Shown in pieces: positions 57,284 through 64,000 of a stretch of DNA of 64,000 nt. The stretch lies in assembly GCA_028826165.1 (NCBI GenBank), contig JAPDFW010000058.1:496001-560000 (forward strand). Reading direction: 5' to 3'. Each line of letters starts with the position of its first letter. Position 1 is the first letter of the stretch. The notes beneath the pieces were generated by a model. The model worked only from the letters and a program-made list of their open reading frames with translations. It was not told the DNA's origin and searched no databases. Source of the stretch: Anaeramoeba ignava BMAN. Its lineage: Eukaryota > Protista > Anaeramoebae. The translations under genes and the position numbers were made by a program.

Positions 57284-57871
57284 TTGTTTGTTTACTATTT
57301 TATTTTAATTAAATTTAATTTAGATTAAATCAAAAATAATTTAAATTTTAAATTATTTATTATTTATTACCTTTTCTTTTTGATTAAAGAATTGAAAAAC
57401 TAAGTAAAAATCCAAAAAAAAAAATAAAAATTCAAAATAAAAAAATAAAAAGAAACATGAATATTAATTAATAGTGAATCATCATTAAATTTAAATTGAT
57501 CATAATTAATAAATAAAAATACTAACCCCTTTAAATAAAAAAAAAAGTTTTTTTTTTCCAAATCATTAAATAATTTAATTCAAATTTGCCATTTTCATAA
57601 ATTAAAAATTATATAAATTAAAAATAAAAACAACAAAGAAAAACAATTCCTTTTTTATTTTATTTTAGAAATTATTAAATTTAAATTGATCTCTTTCAAA
57701 AAAAAAAAACAAAAATTAAAAAAAGATCAGAATTAATTGAGGAAATTAAAATTTTTCTTCTTTATTCAATGATTGAAATTTTCCAAATTGAAAAAAAAAA
57801 GGAAAATTGTAAAAGAAGAAAAATCCAAAAAAAAAATTAAGAAAAGAAAAAAAAAAGAAGAGGAATCAATT

Positions 57872-59980
57872 TTAAACCATTTCTAAATCATTCTCTTCAT
57901 CATTAATTTTTTGTCTTCCATCATCCTGTTGTCTTCTTGCCTTTCGATATTTTTTAACCATAATAACTCCTATAATTAATATTCCAACTCCCATAATTGA
58001 AACAAATACTCCAATCACAATGGTTGTAGTTTGACCTGATTTATTATCTGTTGTTGGTGTTGGATCAGGAATTGAAGATGTTGTAACTGTTAATGTTGTT
58101 ACTTCTCCACAAACTCCATTTGAATCACATGAAGAAACTTGAATTTCATATTCTTCATTTTCAACTTCTGCAATAAAGACTTTTTTGTTTGTTATTGATT
58201 CATCATTTCCTGTATCATTTTCATTTTTGGCTCGATAAGTGAAATTGTAATAATATGGATTATTTGAACAGTTATTCGATGGAATCCAATCACATGTTAT
58301 TGTAACTCCTTCAGAAACATGACATTCAAAGTTTTCTACTTTTTCAAAAAATGTTGAAATTCTTGTTTCAAATACTTCTCCTTGATCATCTCCTTGACAT
58401 GAAGGTGATCCACAAGCCCACATAGAAACAGAATAAATTTGTCCACATTCTAATTGATTAAGATATTGTGAAACTGTTGAATTTTGAATTGTTAGATTTG
58501 ATGGTGTTGCTTGTGTTTTTGCTTTATAATCCATTGTGTAATGATTGAAATTAGGTGAATTTCCTTTTATTGGAACATCAGGAATATCCCAAGAAACATT
58601 AAATGAACGAGTTGTTCTGTTTTTTAATTTGAAATTCTTGATAGAATCAATTCTTGTTGTTAAATTATGAAAGGAAGATGGATCACCACATTGCATTGTT
58701 AAATTATCACATCCTCGAATTTGGATTGAATAATTAACATTTCCACTTATATTATGATAATTTGATGAAGTGAAATTTTGATAAAGAGTTGAATTTTGAA
58801 CATTTGGTGATGTGATATTAGTCCAATTTGATCCATAATTGATTTGATAAACAATTTCTCTTGAAAAATCAATTTTATCCCAATAACATGAAAAAGATGA
58901 ATATAAAGAACTGCAATTTTGCATATCAACTTGAGGAATGAAAAGAGATTGATAAAGAAATACTTGATCTGAACTTGGTGCTCCAATAACTACATAATTT
59001 GTTGCAATACTAACACTTCTTCCAAATTTTGATAAATTTGTTTCATTTAATACTTTTTCATTATTCCAATCACTTCCATCATATCTGTAAATAAATGTTT
59101 GATTGAAATGAGGTGCTCCAATAACTGTAACATTTGTTGAAACTGAAACACTTTTTCCAAATTGTGATGAAATATCTTGAGTTAATACTTTTTCATTATT
59201 CCAATCAATTCCATCGTATCTGTAAATGAATACTTCACTCATATTTGGTGCTCCAATAACTGTAACATCTTTTGAAACTGCAACACTTGAACCAAAACTT
59301 AATGAATTTGATTGAGTTATTTCTTTATCAATATTCCAATCACTTCCGTTATGTCTGTAAATAAATGATTGATTTGAACCTGGAGCTCCAATAACTGTAA
59401 CATTTGTTGAAACTGAAACACTTTTTCCAAATTGAGATGAAATTGATTGATTTAAAGTTTTTTCAAGATACCAATCACCATTATCATATCTATAAATGAA
59501 TGATTCACTTGAATCTGGAGCTCCAATAACTGTAACATTTGTTGAAACTGCAACACTTGAACCAAAACTTGGTGAATTTGATTGATTTAGTACTTTATTA
59601 AGATTCCAATCAGTTCCATTATGTCTGTAAATAAATGATTGATTTGAACCTGGAGCTCCAATAACAATAACATTTCCTGAAACTGCAACACTTTTTCCAA
59701 ATTGAGATGAATTTGATTGATTTAAAACTTTTTCAAGAATGAAATTTGAATCAGTTTTTCGATAAACATTAACTTTTTCGAAAGAATAATTTGAAATCAC
59801 AAGAACATTTTGAGAAACATCAACACTCCATCCAAAATTTGATAAATTTTGACTTGATGAAAAAGTATCCAATAAGTACCAATCACCATTTGCAGATTTT
59901 AGATAATCAACTTCTTCTTTTTGAGATTGAACTATTCCAAAAACACACAATATTATTATAAAAATAATAATTTTCTTCAT
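57872..59980 (-). CDS. Type I membrane protein: FG-GAP beta-propeller, FN3-like domains, TM (copy B)
   Basis: Same length (702 aa) and near-identical to copy A. Confidence 0.88.
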   Translation of the reverse strand: MKKIIIFIIILCVFGIVQSQKEEVDYLKSANGDWYLLDTFSSSQNLSNFGWSVDVSQNVLVISNYSFEKVNVYRKTDSNFILEKVLNQSNSSQFGKSVAVSGNVIVIGAPGSNQSFIYRHNGTDWNLNKVLNQSNSPSFGSSVAVSTNVTVIGAPDSSESFIYRYDNGDWYLEKTLNQSISSQFGKSVSVSTNVTVIGAPGSNQSFIYRHNGSDWNIDKEITQSNSLSFGSSVAVSKDVTVIGAPNMSEVFIYRYDGIDWNNEKVLTQDISSQFGKSVSVSTNVTVIGAPHFNQTFIYRYDGSDWNNEKVLNETNLSKFGRSVSIATNYVVIGAPSSDQVFLYQSLFIPQVDMQNCSSLYSSFSCYWDKIDFSREIVYQINYGSNWTNITSPNVQNSTLYQNFTSSNYHNISGNVNYSIQIRGCDNLTMQCGDPSSFHNLTTRIDSIKNFKLKNRTTRSFNVSWDIPDVPIKGNSPNFNHYTMDYKAKTQATPSNLTIQNSTVSQYLNQLECGQIYSVSMWACGSPSCQGDDQGEVFETRISTFFEKVENFECHVSEGVTITCDWIPSNNCSNNPYYYNFTYRAKNENDTGNDESITNKKVFIAEVENEEYEIQVSSCDSNGVCGEVTTLTVTTSSIPDPTPTTDNKSGQTTTIVIGVFVSIMGVGILIIGVIMVKKYRKARRQQDDGRQKINDEENDLEMV

Positions 59981-60837
59981 TTGTTTGTTTACTATTTTAT
60001 TTTAATTAGATTTAATTTAGATTAAATCAAAATTAATTTAAATTTTAATTTATTTATTATTTATTACCTTTTCTTTTTGATTAAAGAATTGAAAAACTAA
60101 GTAAAAATCCAAAAAAAAAAATAAAAATTCAAAATAAAAAAATTTTTTTCTTTTAAGCTTTGGTAACTCAAAAAATAAAAACAAAAAAAGAATGAAAGAA
60201 ACATGAATACACATCATTAATGAATCATCATTAAATTTGAATTGATTTTCTTTTAAGCCATCCATAATAAAAATACTAACCCCTTTAAATAAAAAAAAAA
60301 GTTTTTTTTTTCCAAATCATTAAATAATTTAATTCAAATTTGCCATTTTCTTAAATTAAAAATTATATAAATTAAAAATAAAAACAACAAAGAAAAACAA
60401 TTCCTTTTTTATTTTATTTTAGAAATTATTAAATTTAAATTGATCTCTTTCAAAAAAAAAAACAAAAATTAAAAAAAGATCAGAATTTTGTCAAATCATT
60501 ATAATTTCAAAAAAAAAAGAAATAAAAAAAGAATATAAAGCTTTAGAGATTGCTATTTGATTTAATAAATAACAAATTTTAAAAAAGGAAAAAAAGATAA
60601 AAAGAATAAAGTTTATGAAGAAATTGATTTAGAATGAACACCTTTTGAAAATTTTTAAATTGATTGAAATTGGTGTTTCGAAAAATGTTTACTTGATTTC
60701 TCCTATTTTTTTCAAATCTGTGGAACTTTTTTATATGGAATGAGTCATATTTAATAATAATTTTAAATAATTAAATCAAAAATGATTTTAATTTAATTTA
60801 TATTATTTCAAAGTTTAATTTATTTTTGATTGCTAGA

Positions 60838-62304
60838 TCATAAAAAAAAAGTTTCCAGAATTTCAACTTTACAAAATTTATCATTTCCAATAAAATAATT
60901 TGAAGGATCTTTTGAATCTAAGAAAGAGGAAGTTGAGGAGGAATAAATCTTTTTCAGGATTACAGAAGCAATTTTGAGGTTTGGATGGATCAAAAATGCA
61001 TCACCAAAAGCAGGACCAATTTCAAAACATAAACCAACAGCAAATTTAGCCTTTTTTGGATTGAGAGTGAATTTTTTAGGGGAAGAATTGCGGTGGTTTT
61101 TCAAAGAGAAAACAAAAGCATTTGGGTCTTTTATCCAGTTGAAAGGAGACTCGCTTGAACAGTACCATTTTGATTTGTCATGAGTCCATCCGTATTGAGA
61201 AAACCCTCCAAAAATAAACCCTTGTGTTGTTTTCACGATAACTAGCGATTTGCCTTTGTTATCACAAATTTGGTGCCATTTTTGAGAATTCCATCCGTTT
61301 TGTGAAGTTGAAAAACCAAGTTTCATTTTGGATAAAAATTGGGAATCGGGAATCCATTCTCTCAATTTCTGGAAATACTTTTTGTTCAGGATTTCTGATT
61401 GAGGCCATCTTGTTCTTGATTGGAAAATAAGAGTGTTCCCAAAATCCTTTGCCTTTTCCTGCTTGAATTTATCGATGAATTCGTCAAAAGCATCATCTCT
61501 AATGATCGACAACCAAGAAAGGAACTCATCCATTTGCTGAGAAATATTGTTTGGAACTAAGCCGAGTTGAAGCACTTTTTCAAAGTTACTTTTGGAGAAA
61601 TCAACAAATCGAATTTTGTGATGCAGATTTGACAGGCAATCCTTAAGAGATTCTTTATCTTTTTCTTTCATTTGTGTATATTGCATATTCGAGTTGATTT
61701 TCTTTCTCCCCCATCGGATTAGGGCTTGATAGATGGCGATTTCGTCTGTTTTTAATATGTCGTTTGACAAAACTCTGTCTAAATGAGGTTCTTCAAGTTC
61801 GTAAAAAAAGGGTGTTTTAATAAACTCGTCAAAATGTGTTGAAATGAATTCAAAACAGAAATCTGTCAATTTAGACAAATTGTTTGATTGTGAAAATTTA
61901 AGAATTTCAACAACAGTTTTGACAGTGCAATAGTATTCAAAAAAATGCAGAGTTTGTTGTTCTAAATCCTGAATTGAATACTTTGTTGAAAAAAGATAAA
62001 TATCAAAAGCATTTTCTGAGTTGATTCCAATTTTGCCAGTATATAAATAGTTCAAAACAACCGAAACAGTTGAATTTGAAGCATCTTCCAAAAATATTTT
62101 CCCTTCTTGATATTCTTTTGAGTTGGAACTGAATAATTTGCGGAAGTATTCATTCCTCGCAGCAAGAATTGCTTTGTGGCATTTGAATGTTGTATCTTTT
62201 TCGTTTGATTTGCAGATGATTTCGAAATCACTATAAGTTTCTTGTTTTTGATCTAATAAAAATGCTAAATTTTCAGAAAGATTTGCCAAATTATTAAAAA
62301 ACAT
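60838..62304 (-). CDS. BTB-BACK-TLDc protein
   Basis: YSDFEIIC...FKCHKAILAARNEYFRKLF; BACK (EIAIYQALIRWG...IRF); TLDc (WHQICDNKGKSLVIVKTTQGFIFGGFS). Confidence 0.9.
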   Translation of the reverse strand: MFFNNLANLSENLAFLLDQKQETYSDFEIICKSNEKDTTFKCHKAILAARNEYFRKLFSSNSKEYQEGKIFLEDASNSTVSVVLNYLYTGKIGINSENAFDIYLFSTKYSIQDLEQQTLHFFEYYCTVKTVVEILKFSQSNNLSKLTDFCFEFISTHFDEFIKTPFFYELEEPHLDRVLSNDILKTDEIAIYQALIRWGRKKINSNMQYTQMKEKDKESLKDCLSNLHHKIRFVDFSKSNFEKVLQLGLVPNNISQQMDEFLSWLSIIRDDAFDEFIDKFKQEKAKDFGNTLIFQSRTRWPQSEILNKKYFQKLREWIPDSQFLSKMKLGFSTSQNGWNSQKWHQICDNKGKSLVIVKTTQGFIFGGFSQYGWTHDKSKWYCSSESPFNWIKDPNAFVFSLKNHRNSSPKKFTLNPKKAKFAVGLCFEIGPAFGDAFLIHPNLKIASVILKKIYSSSTSSFLDSKDPSNYFIGNDKFCKVEILETFFL

Positions 62305-62442
62305 TTAAAAGAAATTGAAAAAGAAAAATGAAAAAAAAAAAGTGTGAAAAAATCGGAAAAAAATTTAATCTAGATGAATATTTATCAAAAATCCAAAAAA
62401 ATCAAAATAATAATAATAATAATATTATTAATATATTCATAT

Positions 62443-64000
62443 TCAAAGTAAGCTTCTTTTTTTGTGAATTCCAGAATCGCTTCTTTCTTGAGTAAACTGC
62501 GGTTTTTTATATTCATAGAAATGAGGAGCTAAATCAGAAAGCCATTCAGGATCAACTTGAATAAGATCTCTCATAAATATTTTAGATGTCAAAACAGTTT
62601 CATTATAAACAACAAATTGGGGAGGTTCTTGTTTAAACAGAACGGAAGTTGGATGAATCGAAAGTACTTGATTTCCCCGAATGCGGCGATATGTGCCATC
62701 GATATGAAGCTTTGCTGCGTTTGCAAAGAAGCCTGAAACAATGCATTTCAAGATGGATTTGACAGCCTCTGTTTTTTCGTTTTGATTCAATTGACGTTCG
62801 ACTTCGACCTCCTCTTGGTATGAATATTCCTTGAACGGAATAGCATTCTTGATTTTCGAGAAAATGGAAACGAGCGGGATCTTAAATCTTCTCATATATG
62901 CTTTGAGCTGATTTCTGATTTGCTCTGCTCTCAATAGAGCTTTGTAGTTCAAATACATTGATTTGCACCAATCACCATTTTTTTTCTTTCGGATGAATTC
63001 GTTATAAACATTAAGAAACGTGATATGATCACCTTCATAAACAGCAAATTTCCGTTTTGCCTTTTCAATAGCGGAATTACGTTCAGGATTGTTATAAAAA
63101 ACGGATTGGACCGAGACCATTGAAGCTATTGTGAGTATTTCTTCAGAACACCCAAACTTTGCCGATTCAAGTAGCATTTTGGCAATCATTGGATTGACTG
63201 GGAATTCTGCCATTTGCTCTCCTAATTGTGTTAGATCGCCATTGTGATCAATTGCGCCAAGTGAGAATAAAAGCTCCAATCCTCTTGCAAGTGATTCTGT
63301 TGGCGGCGGAGACAGAAACTCATATCCAGCAAGATCGTCAATTCCCATTGACTGCAGTTGAAGAATCACACTTGCGAAATTTGACCGTTGGATTTCCGGT
63401 ATTTCAGAATCACGAAATGATTCGCGATAGGATTGCTCTGTATATAAACGGAAGCATTTTCCTTCGCAAATTCTTCCTGCTCTGCCTGCTCGTTGTTGAG
63501 CATTTGATTTGGATATTGGTACTATGCATAATGATTCAATCTCAATTTGTGGATCATATGCTCGGATTTTCATGAATCCACAGTCAACAACATAAACAAT
63601 TCCTGGGATTGTGATTGATGTTTCTGCAACATTTGTTGAGATTACAATTTTGCGAAATCCTGGTGGTGTTCTATTGAAAACTTTCCGTTGTTCTTCCAAT
63701 GGCAGAAATGCATACATTGGCAATGGGAGAAGTTTTAGTTTATTTCGTGAATGTCTTGATTTCTGTTTTTTTTGTTCGTTGATAGTTTCTTTGATTTGAG
63801 CAGCAAGTGTTTCGACTTCTTCTTGTCCTGTTAAAAAGACAAGCACATCTCCTGGAGGTTGAGTTTCGTTTATTTTGATTATTGTATTTAGAGAGGATTC
63901 CATGTAATCATTTGTTGGAGATTGTAAATAAAATATTTCTACAGGGAATAGTCTGCCTTCAATTGAAATGATAGTAGCAGTATTTTGAAAGGTAGTTGAT
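62443..64000 (-). CDS. DEAH-box RNA helicase, DHX35-like; 5' part lies outside the window
   Basis: Motifs IEGRLFPVEIFYL, GDVLVFLTGQEE, STNVAETSITIPG, QRAGRAGR, PEIQRSN; HA2 domain and FAVYEGDHIT; OB-fold IHPTSVL. Confidence 0.9.
   Translation of the reverse strand, partial: STTFQNTATIISIEGRLFPVEIFYLQSPTNDYMESSLNTIIKINETQPPGDVLVFLTGQEEVETLAAQIKETINEQKKQKSRHSRNKLKLLPLPMYAFLPLEEQRKVFNRTPPGFRKIVISTNVAETSITIPGIVYVVDCGFMKIRAYDPQIEIESLCIVPISKSNAQQRAGRAGRICEGKCFRLYTEQSYRESFRDSEIPEIQRSNFASVILQLQSMGIDDLAGYEFLSPPPTESLARGLELLFSLGAIDHNGDLTQLGEQMAEFPVNPMIAKMLLESAKFGCSEEILTIASMVSVQSVFYNNPERNSAIEKAKRKFAVYEGDHITFLNVYNEFIRKKKNGDWCKSMYLNYKALLRAEQIRNQLKAYMRRFKIPLVSIFSKIKNAIPFKEYSYQEEVEVERQLNQNEKTEAVKSILKCIVSGFFANAAKLHIDGTYRRIRGNQVLSIHPTSVLFKQEPPQFVVYNETVLTSKIFMRDLIQVDPEWLSDLAPHFYEYKKPQFTQERSDSGIHKKRSLL

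Larger units (their letters stand above)
55131..60487. repeat. Direct tandem duplication: about 55131-57734 and 57831-60487
   Basis: CDS, 3' flank (AAGAAGAGGAATCAATTTTAAAC) and about 450-500 bp of 5' flank (ending AAAAGATCAGAATT) are repeated. Confidence 0.95.

Overview
A very AT-rich eukaryotic (protist) window with about 24 tightly packed protein-coding genes, GT-AG introns and the standard genetic code. No rRNA, tRNA, CRISPR array or transposase was recognised. The gene content (expanded BTB families, QNQN low-complexity inserts, TCATT initiator-like motifs, Pam18) suggests an anaerobic metamonad amoeba such as Anaeramoeba; this assignment is inference. Many genes are split or missed by the ORF track and were rebuilt from splice sites: an EF-hand protein, DNAAF11/LRRC6, PAM18, SEC13, a GSAP-like gene, RAB11, TRM1, an acylated AGC kinase, a WDR26-like gene and RRP1. 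Several single-base frameshifts fall in homopolymers and look like assembly errors. The standout is 1889-8508, an intronless gene of about 2,200 aa. It encodes a bacterial-type NRPS module (A-T-E-C) with eroded catalytic motifs, an intact GGDS carrier serine, and a C-terminal eukaryotic PH domain, i.e. a candidate domesticated, membrane-targeted pseudo-NRPS. Other notable items: a single-pass REJ/GAIN-GPS receptor, a tandem pair of FG-GAP/FN3 surface proteins, introns filled with G-free tandem repeats, satellites with units of about 144-153 bp, and an A-to-T skew switch along exons.
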